A stretch of DNA of 64,000 bases from Oscillospiraceae bacterium (GTDB lineage Bacteria > Bacillota > Clostridia > Oscillospirales > SIG627). The first letter of the stretch is position 1; each line of letters starts with the position of its first letter. The notes under the pieces were generated by a model. The model saw nothing but the letters and a program-made list of their open reading frames with translations, was not told the origin of the DNA and searched no databases. The stretch spans positions 132,197-196,196 of the forward strand of contig SVQW01000002.1 of the NCBI GenBank assembly GCA_015065085.1. The letters are read 5' to 3'. Of this stretch, positions 55,158-64,000 are shown piece by piece. A program made the position numbers and the translations under genes.

Positions 55158-57617
55158 ATGAAGCTTACCTTTTCGACAAAACACGTAAACCGCACGTCAT
55201 TTCTTGAAACTTGCAAATTTGCTTACGATTACGGATTTGCAGGCTTTGAGATCTACGATGCAATAAAGGAAAGAAAACAACATTACGACAGCATTCTCAG
55301 AAGTGACCGCGTTTCGGACTCAAAACGCAAGCTGGTTAACCGCAATCTCAATGTTTCGGCGCTGGTATATCCTTATGAGCTGGAAAGCGAGCAGGCAGAT
55401 GCTCAGACCATTCTCAGATATGTGGAGATGGCGCGCAACGCAGGTATAGAGCGTGTTATACTGCACATTGACGAAAAAACCGACAATGAAAATCTCCGCC
55501 AAAAGCTCAGCGATGCAATAAAGTACGCAGAAACGGCGGATATTCAGATACTTTTTGAAACATCGGGCTTTCTCTGCGAGACCGAAAATGTTATAGATAT
55601 TATCAACTTTTTCTCCTCCGCTGTAATAGGAGCTTCGTGGAATGTGCGCGAAACATATTTCACCGCCGGCGAAAGTGCGGAAACCACTATAAAAAATCTC
55701 GGTGCGTATATAAAATATGTCCGTCTGGGTGACAAAAAAGACGGCAGAACGGTGCTTATCGGTGAGGGTGAACTGCCCGTCAACAGCTTTTTAAACGCTC
55801 TTTCATCCCTCAATTATGACGGCTATATCTGTGCTGCCTGGAACGAGGAGATAAATGATGCGGATATAGTTCTTACCCATTTCACAAATTATATATCCGG
55901 GCTCTCGCGTGATAAAAAGGAATTCGACCGCACTTACTATAACCGTGACAAGTCGGGAACCTTTGTATGGAAAAAATACGACGTTATCGATGCAACCTTC
56001 TCCGACGTACTGGATACCATGGCTGAACGGTATCCTGACCAGTACGCTTTTAAATACACCACACTGGATTACACCAGAACCTACACCCAGTTCAGACGTG
56101 ATGTGGACGAATGTGCCGCCGCACTTATTTCACTGGGCGTAAAGGCGGGAGACCATGTTGCAATATGGGCAACAAACGTGCCCGCATGGTTTATAACCTT
56201 CTGGGCAACTACAAAAATCGGTGCAGTGCTTGTAACGGTTAATACGGCATACAAAATACACGAAATAGAATATCTTCTGCGTCAGTCAGACACACACACA
56301 CTGGTAATGATAGAGGAATTAAAAGATATTAATTACCGAGAAATAATCAAGGAGCTTTGTCCCGAGCTCAAGAGTCTTACACCGGGTCAGCCGCTTTATT
56401 CCAAGAATCTCCCATTCCTGCGCAATGTAGTAACAGTGGGCTTTTCCATGGACGGCTGTCTTACCTGGGAACAAATGCTGGAGCGCAGTAAGCTTATTCC
56501 TCACGAAGAAGTACGCCGCCGCGCCTCTCTTGTCAAGCCCGATGACGTGTGCAATATGCAGTATACCTCAGGAACAACAGGCTTTCCCAAGGGTGTTATG
56601 CTTACCCACAGAAACATTGTCAACAACGGCAAAACAATTGGAGACAGAATGGATCTTTCAACTGCTGACCGCATGATGGTACAGGTACCCATGTTCCACT
56701 GCTTCGGAATGGTGCTTTCCATGACCTCCACCATGACTCACGGCGGAACGCTGTGCCCTATGCCGTATTTCTCACCAAAATCCTCACTGGCATGTGTAAA
56801 TGATGAACACATCACCTGCTTCAACGGTGTCCCTACCATGTTTATCGCAATGTTCAATCACGCAGATTTTGCAAAAACTGACTTTTCGTATATGCGCACC
56901 GGCATTATGGCAGGTGCAAACTGCCCTGCCGACCTTATGCGCCGTGCCGCAGCCGAAATGAACATGAGAGAAATCATCTCGGTTTACGGACAGACCGAAG
57001 CTTCCCCCGGATGCACCATGGGCGAAGTGAATGAGGATATCGACCACCGTGTCGAAACAGTGGGAAGTCCTTTCCCGGGTGTAGAATGCAAAGTTATTGA
57101 CCCGGAAACGGGCGAAGAGCTTCCGGACGGCGAAAGCGGTGAATTTGTGGCGCGCGGCTTCAACATTATGAAAGGCTACTACAAAATGCCGGAAGCCACC
57201 GCACAGACCATTGATGCAGACGGATGGCTCCATTCCGGAGATATATGCTGCCGCACTCCAGACGGATACTACAAGGTTACAGGCCGTCTTAAAGATATGA
57301 TAATCCGCGGAGGTGAAAACCTGTACCCCCGCGAAATAGAAGAATTTTATCTCACAAATCCCAAGGTTCGCGACGTTCAGGTAGTAGGTGTTCCGGACAA
57401 AACCTACGGCGAAGAATGCTGTGCATGGATAATTCTTCACAATGGCGAAACAGCTGACGAGGCTGAAATGAAAGACTTCGGTAACGCATCCATAGCAAAG
57501 CACAAAGTGCCCAGATACTTCCTGTTCGTGAAGGAATTCCCCATGAATGCCGCAGGAAAAATACTCAAATACAAAATGCGTGAAGAATCGGTTGAAATAC
57601 TGGGAATAAAAAAATAA
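55158..57617 (+). CDS. fusion protein: xylose-isomerase-like TIM barrel (AP_endonuc_2 family) + AMP-forming acyl-CoA/acyl-adenylate ligase
   Basis: N-terminal ~260 aa have the sugar-phosphate isomerase/epimerase pattern (GFAGFEIY...ARNAGIERVILH...ILFETSG...YVRLGD...YDGYICAAWNEE). C-terminal ~550 aa carry YTSGTTGFPKGV, GWLHSGD and IIRGGENLYP. Confidence 0.85.
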   Translation: MKLTFSTKHVNRTSFLETCKFAYDYGFAGFEIYDAIKERKQHYDSILRSDRVSDSKRKLVNRNLNVSALVYPYELESEQADAQTILRYVEMARNAGIERVILHIDEKTDNENLRQKLSDAIKYAETADIQILFETSGFLCETENVIDIINFFSSAVIGASWNVRETYFTAGESAETTIKNLGAYIKYVRLGDKKDGRTVLIGEGELPVNSFLNALSSLNYDGYICAAWNEEINDADIVLTHFTNYISGLSRDKKEFDRTYYNRDKSGTFVWKKYDVIDATFSDVLDTMAERYPDQYAFKYTTLDYTRTYTQFRRDVDECAAALISLGVKAGDHVAIWATNVPAWFITFWATTKIGAVLVTVNTAYKIHEIEYLLRQSDTHTLVMIEELKDINYREIIKELCPELKSLTPGQPLYSKNLPFLRNVVTVGFSMDGCLTWEQMLERSKLIPHEEVRRRASLVKPDDVCNMQYTSGTTGFPKGVMLTHRNIVNNGKTIGDRMDLSTADRMMVQVPMFHCFGMVLSMTSTMTHGGTLCPMPYFSPKSSLACVNDEHITCFNGVPTMFIAMFNHADFAKTDFSYMRTGIMAGANCPADLMRRAAAEMNMREIISVYGQTEASPGCTMGEVNEDIDHRVETVGSPFPGVECKVIDPETGEELPDGESGEFVARGFNIMKGYYKMPEATAQTIDADGWLHSGDICCRTPDGYYKVTGRLKDMIIRGGENLYPREIEEFYLTNPKVRDVQVVGVPDKTYGEECCAWIILHNGETADEAEMKDFGNASIAKHKVPRYFLFVKEFPMNAAGKILKYKMREESVEILGIKK

Positions 57618-57659
57618 CGAACCGTTTTGAAACGTCCGTTAAATTTCCAAATCCGCATT

Positions 57660-57692
57660 GAAACCCGTGGACGATTGTCCACGGGTTTCTTC
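57660..57692. terminator. hairpin terminator between convergent genes
   Basis: 13-bp perfect stem GAAACCCGTGGAC / GTCCACGGGTTTC with loop GATT. The U-tracts are modest on both strands. Confidence 0.55.
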
Positions 57693-57719
57693 ACTTATCG
57701 CGACGTTGAGCACTCAGCA

Positions 57720-58568
57720 TCACATAAAACTCTTTCTGTATTTTGCGGGAGTCACACCTTTAACCTGCTTGAAGGTTTTGATAAAATAGCTAAGATCGTT
57801 AAATCCGCATGAAAATGCCACTTCCGTTACGCTCATGTCGGAATTTATAAGCTTTTTTATTGCCATTTCAATGCGATAGAAGTTAAGATACTCGATAGGG
57901 GTCTTGGTTGTCATTGCTTTGAAAAAATGGCAGAAATACTTAGGAGACATTTCAGCCGACTCAGCCATTTCATTCAAAGTTATCTGCGCATCATAATTAC
58001 CGCGTATAAAGGCAAGCACCATTCTCAGCTTATTTACGTTTTTGCCAAGTGTGACAGGCATGATTTCGGTGGGGTGATACAGATTCTCCTCCACTATTGC
58101 GGCAAACAAATTGTTCAATGCACCCATTACCTTGAATTTGTATGATGGATTAGTGCATTTCATGGCGCTGAAAACATCTCTCATGGCTCGGGAATACTGT
58201 GAATCCCTATTCGCATAAAACTCCTCCACCACATACTCATGGTTTTTAAGAGCCTGTGCGAGAGAAAAACTGCCCATAAGATACTCGGGAAGCAAATCCG
58301 TGCTGAAAACTATGCATTCATACACACAATCATCGGGTGAAAAATAATGCACTGTTTCGGAATTAATGAATAATATATCCCCTCTTTGTGCACAGTATGT
58401 ATTGTTATTAAGTCTTACGGTAAGCTTGCCCGAAAGAATGTGCAGAAACTCCACTTCTCCGTGCCAATGGGAATAAGATTCGCCGTATCTTACATGTTGT
58501 TTATCCACATGATAAAGCTCTATTGGGAAGTCACTTGTGCCCCTTTGAAGCACTTCATTATATATCAT
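57720..58568 (-). CDS. AraC-family transcriptional regulator (cupin + HTH)
   Basis: Cupin HWHGEVEFLHILSGK and C-terminal HTH PKYFCHFFKAMTTKTPIEYLNFYRIEMAIKKL. Divergent from fucI. Confidence 0.9.
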   Translation of the reverse strand: MIYNEVLQRGTSDFPIELYHVDKQHVRYGESYSHWHGEVEFLHILSGKLTVRLNNNTYCAQRGDILFINSETVHYFSPDDCVYECIVFSTDLLPEYLMGSFSLAQALKNHEYVVEEFYANRDSQYSRAMRDVFSAMKCTNPSYKFKVMGALNNLFAAIVEENLYHPTEIMPVTLGKNVNKLRMVLAFIRGNYDAQITLNEMAESAEMSPKYFCHFFKAMTTKTPIEYLNFYRIEMAIKKLINSDMSVTEVAFSCGFNDLSYFIKTFKQVKGVTPAKYRKSFM

Positions 58569-58694
58569 AATTCACCAACTCTGAAAATATTTACATTTTA
58601 TATTATTATAGCACAAGTATTATACTTATTTCAAGTATATAATTATCATGTAATATAGTGTTTTAAAAATATTTACAAATCAGGAGGAAATAAT

Positions 58695-60491
58695 ATGTCT
58701 AACAACAGATATGTAGGTGGCTATCCCGTTATAGGAATACGCCCCGTAATTGATGCAAGACGCGGCCCATTAAAGCTGCGTGAAAGCCTCGAGGCTCAGA
58801 CCATGGAGCTTGCCATGGCGGCAAAAAAATTATTCGAGGAAAACCTCAACTACTCCAACGGCGATCCCGTTAAGGTAGTTATTGCAAATCACAGCATCGG
58901 AAGAGTTCCCGAAGCAGCGGCTTGTGCCGAGCAGTTTAAAAAAGAAGGCGTTGATATCACGTTGTCTGTGACTCCCTGCTGGTGCTACGGCTCTGAAACA
59001 ATGGACATGGACCCTAACACCATTAAAGGTGTATGGGGATTTAACGGCACCGAAAGACCCGGTGCAGTTTACCTTGCAGCAGTGCTTGCCTCACACGCAC
59101 AAAAAGGGCTGCCGGCCTTTGGCATTTACGGCCATGAGGTTCAGGACAGAGACCAGGTAAGCACCATTCCCGAAGATGTAAAGGAAAAGCTTCTTCGCTT
59201 TGGACGTGCGGCTGTTGCAGTTGCTACCATGAGAGGCAAGTCTTATCTTCAGATCGGTTCTCAGTGCATGGGTATCGGCGGCTCTATCATGGATCAGGAT
59301 TTTGTTGAATCCTATCTTGGAATGAGAGTTGAATCCGTTGACGAGGTTGAAGTTCTCCGCCGTATGGAGGAAGGCATCTACAACGAAGAAGAATACCGTA
59401 AGGCTCTCAAATGGACCAAGGAGCACTGCAAAATGGGTCGCGATGACAACCCCGATTCCGTACGCTTTTCTGACGAAGAAAAGGAAAAGCAGTGGGAATT
59501 CACCGTTAAAATGTACTGCATTATAAAAGACCTTATGACAGGCAACAACGACCTTCCCGAAAGATTCGGTGAGGAAATGCTGGGTCACAATGCCATCGCG
59601 GGCGGATTCCAGGGTCAGAGACAGTGGACAGACCACTGGCCCAACTGCGACTATCCTGAGGCTCTTCTCAGCTCCACCTTTGACCACAACGGCGCACGCG
59701 AGCCCTACACTCTGGCTACTGAAAACGACGTTCTCAACGGTCTGGGCATGCTGTTCATGAGATTGCTCACTCACCGCGCTCAGATTTTCGCAGACGTTCG
59801 TACCTACTGGTCTCCCGAGGCTACAAAGCGTGTTACCGGCTACGATCTGGAGGGCAAAGCGAAGGAAAACGGCGGTATCATCCATCTTCTCAACTCCGGT
59901 GCGGCTTGTCTTGATGCCTGTGGCGAATGCAAGGACGAAAACGGCAACGCCATCATGAAGAAGTGGTGGGAAGTTACCGAGGAAGATATAAAGAAAATGA
60001 CCGACGCAACCGTATGGTGCGAGGCAGGCTTCGACAACTTCCGCGGCGGCGGATTCTCCAGCCACTTTACAACCCGTGCCGAAATGCCCGCAACCATGAT
60101 AAGACTCAATCTTGTCAAGGGTCTGGGTCCCGTTCTTCAGATTGCTGAGGGCTGGACAGTTCATCTTCCCGACGAGGTTTCCGACACTCTTATGGAAAGA
60201 ACAAATCCCACCTGGCCCTGCACATGGTTTACCCCCAGATGCACAGGCGAGGGTGCTTTCAAGAGTGCATATGACGTGATGAACAACTGGGGTGCAAACC
60301 ACGGCGCTATCAGCTACGGTCACATCGGTGCTGACCTTATCACCATGTGTTCCATGCTGAGAATTCCCGTTTGCATGCACAATGTACCCGAGGATCAGAT
60401 TTTCAGACCTGCGGCATGGAATGCCTTCGGTATGGACAAAGAGGGACAGGATTACAGAGCCTGCGCAGCTTACGGTCCTCTTTACAAATAA
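58695..60491 (+). CDS. fucI: L-fucose isomerase
   Basis: 598 aa. [12 protein letters not shown]...RESLEAQTM...[15 protein letters not shown] is collinear with E. coli FucI. AGGAGGAAATAAT RBS. Confidence 0.93.
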   Translation: MSNNRYVGGYPVIGIRPVIDARRGPLKLRESLEAQTMELAMAAKKLFEENLNYSNGDPVKVVIANHSIGRVPEAAACAEQFKKEGVDITLSVTPCWCYGSETMDMDPNTIKGVWGFNGTERPGAVYLAAVLASHAQKGLPAFGIYGHEVQDRDQVSTIPEDVKEKLLRFGRAAVAVATMRGKSYLQIGSQCMGIGGSIMDQDFVESYLGMRVESVDEVEVLRRMEEGIYNEEEYRKALKWTKEHCKMGRDDNPDSVRFSDEEKEKQWEFTVKMYCIIKDLMTGNNDLPERFGEEMLGHNAIAGGFQGQRQWTDHWPNCDYPEALLSSTFDHNGAREPYTLATENDVLNGLGMLFMRLLTHRAQIFADVRTYWSPEATKRVTGYDLEGKAKENGGIIHLLNSGAACLDACGECKDENGNAIMKKWWEVTEEDIKKMTDATVWCEAGFDNFRGGGFSSHFTTRAEMPATMIRLNLVKGLGPVLQIAEGWTVHLPDEVSDTLMERTNPTWPCTWFTPRCTGEGAFKSAYDVMNNWGANHGAISYGHIGADLITMCSMLRIPVCMHNVPEDQIFRPAAWNAFGMDKEGQDYRACAAYGPLYK

Positions 60492-60504
60492 TCCGATTAA
60501 AAAT

Positions 60505-60540
60505 AAAAAATATCCAACCTTACGGTTGGATATTTTTTTG
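60505..60540. terminator. bidirectional intrinsic terminator (fucI / dnaJ)
   Basis: 10-bp perfect stem ATATCCAACC / GGTTGGATAT with loop TTAC, flanked by A6 and a T-run (6-7 T). Confidence 0.8.
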
Positions 60541-60542
60541 TT

Positions 60543-61688
60543 TTACTTTTTCAAATAGTCTTTCAGTTTGTCCACAAAGCTCTTCTTTTTGGCGTTATTG
60601 TTATTGCCCAGTGAGGACTCGAACTGTCGGAGTATTTCTTTTTGCTTGTCGCTGAGGTTTTTGGGTATTTCGACCTCTATTTGAATTATCTGGTCGCCTC
60701 GACGGGTGGAATTTATGTTCTGGATACCACGGTTTTTCAATGTAAACTGCTTACCGTTCTGCGTGCCCTCGGGAATTGTGTACTTTATGTTGCCATCCAG
60801 TGTGGGAACATCTATTTCTGCGCCAAGCGCCGCTTCAACCATGGTTATGGGCACTTCGCAAAATACTGTGTAACCGTCGCGCTCAAACACAGGATGCGGT
60901 CTTATCTGCACCTCAACTATAAGGTCACCGCTGGGGCCGCCGTTACGTCCTGCATTACCCTGGCCTCTTGCAGAAACGCGCTGTCCGTCATCGATACCTG
61001 CCGGAAAATTGATTTCCAGCTTTTTGCTTTTCTTTTCCAGGCCTGCGCCATTGCATTTTTTACATGGAGTTTTTATTATTTTACCGGTTCCGCGGCAATT
61101 ATCACACGTCTTTGTAGTCTGGAACATACCGAAAGCGGTACTCTGACGTACATTCATCTGACCCGTTCCGCGGCACTTAGGACAAGTTTCCGCAACAGTA
61201 CCTGCCGCCGCACCGCTTCCGTTACACTCGGAGCACTGCTCAATACGGCTGTAAGAAATCTCCTTTGTACAGCCGAAAGCCGCTTCCTCGAAGGTAAGCA
61301 TCATGCGATAACCTATATCATCGCCTCTGACGGGGCCGTTACGACTGCGTCCGCCGCCACCGAAAATTCCGCCGAACAGATCGCCGAAATCCATATCAAA
61401 GCCACCGAATCCTCCTCCGAAGCCGCCGAAGCCGCCACCTGCGCCTGCACCGTACTGAGGATCGACACCTGCGTGACCATACTGGTCATAAAGCTTTTTC
61501 TTTTCGGGATTGGAAAGTATCTCGTAAGCCTCGTTTATTTCCTTGAACTTGTCCTCTGCTTCCTTATCCCCGGGGTTTCTGTCGGGGTGGTATTTCATGG
61601 CAAGCTTTCGGAAAGCTTTTTTTATCTCATCGTCACTTGAGGTTTTGGGCAAGCCCAAAACCTCATAAAAATCTCTTTTTTCAGCCAT
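60543..61688 (-). CDS. dnaJ: molecular chaperone DnaJ
   Basis: J domain (DFYEVLGL...HPDRNPGD), G/F-rich linker and four CxxCxGxG zinc-finger repeats. Confidence 0.97.
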   Translation of the reverse strand: MAEKRDFYEVLGLPKTSSDDEIKKAFRKLAMKYHPDRNPGDKEAEDKFKEINEAYEILSNPEKKKLYDQYGHAGVDPQYGAGAGGGFGGFGGGFGGFDMDFGDLFGGIFGGGGRSRNGPVRGDDIGYRMMLTFEEAAFGCTKEISYSRIEQCSECNGSGAAAGTVAETCPKCRGTGQMNVRQSTAFGMFQTTKTCDNCRGTGKIIKTPCKKCNGAGLEKKSKKLEINFPAGIDDGQRVSARGQGNAGRNGGPSGDLIVEVQIRPHPVFERDGYTVFCEVPITMVEAALGAEIDVPTLDGNIKYTIPEGTQNGKQFTLKNRGIQNINSTRRGDQIIQIEVEIPKNLSDKQKEILRQFESSLGNNNNAKKKSFVDKLKDYLKK

Positions 61689-61708
61689 TTAGTGAAAAAA
61701 CCTTTCGA

Positions 61709-63538
61709 TTAATTATCGGATTTATCAGTAAAATCGGCATTGTAGGAGCCATCGGAGTTCTGCTGTGCACCGCCTGCATTGGGGTCAAAACCGCCCTGCG
61801 CATTGGGGTCACCCTGGTAAAGCTTTGCTGAAATTGCGTAAACCGCCTGTGTGAGTGCCTCGGTATCCGCCTTAATGGCTTCAATGTCCTCGCCCTTTAC
61901 AGTTTCGCGGAGTTTATCGATTGCCGCCTTTACGGGAGCCTTGTCCTCGTCAGTCAGCTTGTCGCCTGCATCAGTCATCGCCTTTTCAGCCTGGAACATA
62001 AGAGTTTCAGCCTGGTTTCTGGTCTCGATGTTTTCCTTTGCCTTCTTATCCTCTTCAGCGTGAAGCTCTGCATCCTTTATGGCTTTTTCGATGTCTTCCT
62101 GAGACATGTTGGTGGAAGCGGTAATGGAGATGTGCTGTTCCTTACCTGTGCCCTTGTCGCAAGCGGTAACGTTTACAATACCGTTGGCGTCAATATCAAA
62201 GGTAACCTCAATCTGAGGAATTCCGCGGGGTGCAGGTGCAATGCCGTCAAGATTAAATCTGCCCAGAGTCTTATTATCACGCGCCATTTCACGTTCGCCC
62301 TGAAGTACATGGATTTCAACAGAGGTCTGGTTGTCGGCAGCAGTGGAGTAAATCTGGCTCTTTTTAACGGGAATGGTGGTGTTTCTTTCGATAAGCTTAT
62401 TGAAGATACCGCCAAGAGTTTCGATACCCAAAGACAGAGGTGTGACGTCCAGAAGCAGAAGATCTTTTACATCGCCGCCCAATACACCTGCCTGAATAGC
62501 TGCGCCCATTGCAACACATTCGTCGGGGTTGATGCCCTTGAAGGGCTCTTTACCGATGAAGTTCTTAACCGCATCCTGTACAGCAGGAATACGGCTGGAG
62601 CCGCCTACGAGAAGGACCTTATCTATCTGAGAGGGCTGAAGACCTGCGTCGCTGAGAGCCTGACGGGTGGGACCCATTGTGTTTTCAACAAGGTCCGCGG
62701 TAAGCTCATTGAACTTTGCTCTGGTAAGAGTTGCATCGAAGTGCTTGGGGCCGGTAGCATCTGCTGTGATAAAGGGAAGATTGATGTTGGTAGACATTAC
62801 GCCGCTAAGCTCAATTTTTGCTTTTTCAGCAGCTTCCTTGAGTCTCTGAAGGGACGAACGGTCATTTCTAAGGTCGATACCGTTATCTCTCTTGAACTCG
62901 TCTGCCATCCAGTTAATAATACGTTCGTCAAAGTCATCGCCGCCCAGACGGTTGTTACCCGCGGTTGCGAGAACCTCAAATACACCGTCGGAGATTTCCA
63001 AAATAGAAACGTCGAAGGTGCCGCCGCCAAGGTCGAATACAAGAACCTTCTGTTCATTTTCCTTGTCAACGCCGTAGGAAAGAGCCGCCGCGGTAGGCTC
63101 GTTGATTATACGAAGAACCTCAAGACCTGCAATTTTACCTGCATCCTTAGTTGCCTGGCGCTGTGCGTCGGTGAAGTATGCGGGAACTGTGATTACCGCC
63201 TGGCTTACGGTAGTGCCGAGGAATGCCTCTGCATCCGCCTTAAGCTTCTGCAGAATCATTGCGGAAATTTCCTGGGGAGTATAGCTCTTATCGTCGATAT
63301 TTACCTTTTTGTCGGTACCCATATCACGCTTGATGGAGCTGATGGTTCTGTCGGGATTGGTAATAGCCTGTCTTTTTGCTATCTGACCTACCATTCTTTC
63401 GCCTGCCTTGGAGAAAGCAACAACGGAAGGAGTGGTACGTGCTCCTTCGGGATTGGTTATAACAGTGGGCTCACCGCCCTCGAATACTGCTACGCAGGAG
63501 TTGGTTGTACCTAAGTCGATACCTATGATTTTTGCCAT
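61709..63538 (-). CDS. dnaK: molecular chaperone DnaK (Hsp70)
   Basis: [24 protein letters not shown] and the rest of the full-length Hsp70 pattern. Confidence 0.98.
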   Translation of the reverse strand: MAKIIGIDLGTTNSCVAVFEGGEPTVITNPEGARTTPSVVAFSKAGERMVGQIAKRQAITNPDRTISSIKRDMGTDKKVNIDDKSYTPQEISAMILQKLKADAEAFLGTTVSQAVITVPAYFTDAQRQATKDAGKIAGLEVLRIINEPTAAALSYGVDKENEQKVLVFDLGGGTFDVSILEISDGVFEVLATAGNNRLGGDDFDERIINWMADEFKRDNGIDLRNDRSSLQRLKEAAEKAKIELSGVMSTNINLPFITADATGPKHFDATLTRAKFNELTADLVENTMGPTRQALSDAGLQPSQIDKVLLVGGSSRIPAVQDAVKNFIGKEPFKGINPDECVAMGAAIQAGVLGGDVKDLLLLDVTPLSLGIETLGGIFNKLIERNTTIPVKKSQIYSTAADNQTSVEIHVLQGEREMARDNKTLGRFNLDGIAPAPRGIPQIEVTFDIDANGIVNVTACDKGTGKEQHISITASTNMSQEDIEKAIKDAELHAEEDKKAKENIETRNQAETLMFQAEKAMTDAGDKLTDEDKAPVKAAIDKLRETVKGEDIEAIKADTEALTQAVYAISAKLYQGDPNAQGGFDPNAGGAQQNSDGSYNADFTDKSDN

Positions 63539-63581
63539 ATCTGTTACCTCTTTCTTTATGATGGATTATTTTTTACGTTGA

Positions 63582-64000
63582 TTAGTTGACTACCTTTACC
63601 ATTGCATGGCGAAGCACCTTATCGCCGATTGTGTAGCCCTTCTGGAACACCTCAATAACGGTGTTCTGCGGTGCATCCTCGTTGTCCTCATGCATTACCG
63701 CGTTGTGAAGCTCGGGGTTGAATTCGCAGTCCAGCGCAGGTATTTCCTTAATATCCAGCTTTTCAAGATATTCGTTGAACTGCTTTATAATCATTTTAAG
63801 ACCTTCAAGAACCTTTTCGGGCTCATTATAAAGCTCGGCACGCTCCAGATTGTCTATAACCGGAAGCAATTTTTCTATAACATCGGTTTTTGCCGCGGAA
63901 TATATGTCTGCCTTTTCCTTGACAGTGCGCTTTTTATAGTTATCAAACTCCGCCACAAGACGCACGTACTTATCGTACATTCCCGCGTAATCCTCTTTCA
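63582..64000 (-). CDS. grpE: nucleotide exchange factor GrpE (5' end beyond the right edge)
   Basis: VRLVAEFDNYKKRT and the C-terminal beta-domain pattern. The frame stays open upstream of the track's internal Met through position 64000. Confidence 0.9.
   Translation of the reverse strand, partial: KEDYAGMYDKYVRLVAEFDNYKKRTVKEKADIYSAAKTDVIEKLLPVIDNLERAELYNEPEKVLEGLKMIIKQFNEYLEKLDIKEIPALDCEFNPELHNAVMHEDNEDAPQNTVIEVFQKGYTIGDKVLRHAMVKVVN

Noticed and set aside
59091-60380. 429-aa ORF on the minus strand inside fucI
   Set aside because: It is entirely antisense to a gene with unmistakable full-length FucI similarity. Its composition is low-complexity and it has no RBS. This is a typical shadow ORF.
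62060-63514. 484-aa plus-strand ORF (and 60642..61640, 332 aa)
   Set aside because: Both are antisense to dnaK and dnaJ respectively. They are Cys/Gly/Val-rich nonsense sequences with no motifs, so they are shadow ORFs of highly conserved genes.
1-64000. CRISPR arrays, rRNA genes, transposases, integrases, prophage genes
   Set aside because: I scanned the intergenic regions and ORF translations. I found no short direct-repeat/spacer arrays, no rRNA-like sequence, and no DDE, serine-recombinase or tyrosine-recombinase motifs. The RyR/AAA+ module therefore has no obvious mobility genes in this window.

Overview
This 64-kb window looks like a chromosomal segment from a Gram-positive anaerobe of the Clostridia type. 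Supporting evidence: strong GGAGG-type ribosome binding sites, a T-box leader, grpE-dnaK-dnaJ gene order, and a carbohydrate-active gene content. It is densely coding, mostly on the minus strand. It holds about 55 CDS, one tRNA-Ala(GGC), one Leu-specific T-box riboswitch and many clear intrinsic terminators. I saw no rRNA, CRISPR array, transposase or integrase. Most genes encode cytoplasmic glycan, ester or peptide hydrolases (GH36, clan GH-D, GH127, GH78, a BNR/sialidase-like protein, four SGNH esterases, four M20 amidohydrolase/peptidase-family enzymes, a CE15-like esterase, a ceramidase-like protein, GDPD), MFS/EamA/AEC transporters, AraC/LysR regulators, an amino-acid ABC transporter, luxS, fucI and the dnaK operon. 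The main finding is a translationally coupled five-gene module at 13576-20548. It encodes a stand-alone RyR-domain protein, a 1172-aa soluble Clp_N/ClpB-D2/REC-like/FtsH-AAA/M41 hybrid protease, an alpha/beta-hydrolase, a membrane-anchored Rossmann/RyR-like protein, and a Cys-rich miniprotein that repeats the membrane protein's C-terminal tail motif. The module sits between AEC carriers and a tartrate/D-malate dehydrogenase. I do not recognise it as any described system. The second finding is a Leu (CUC) T-box controlling a catalytically degenerate LeuA-like protein and a TIM-barrel/acyl-adenylate-ligase fusion.
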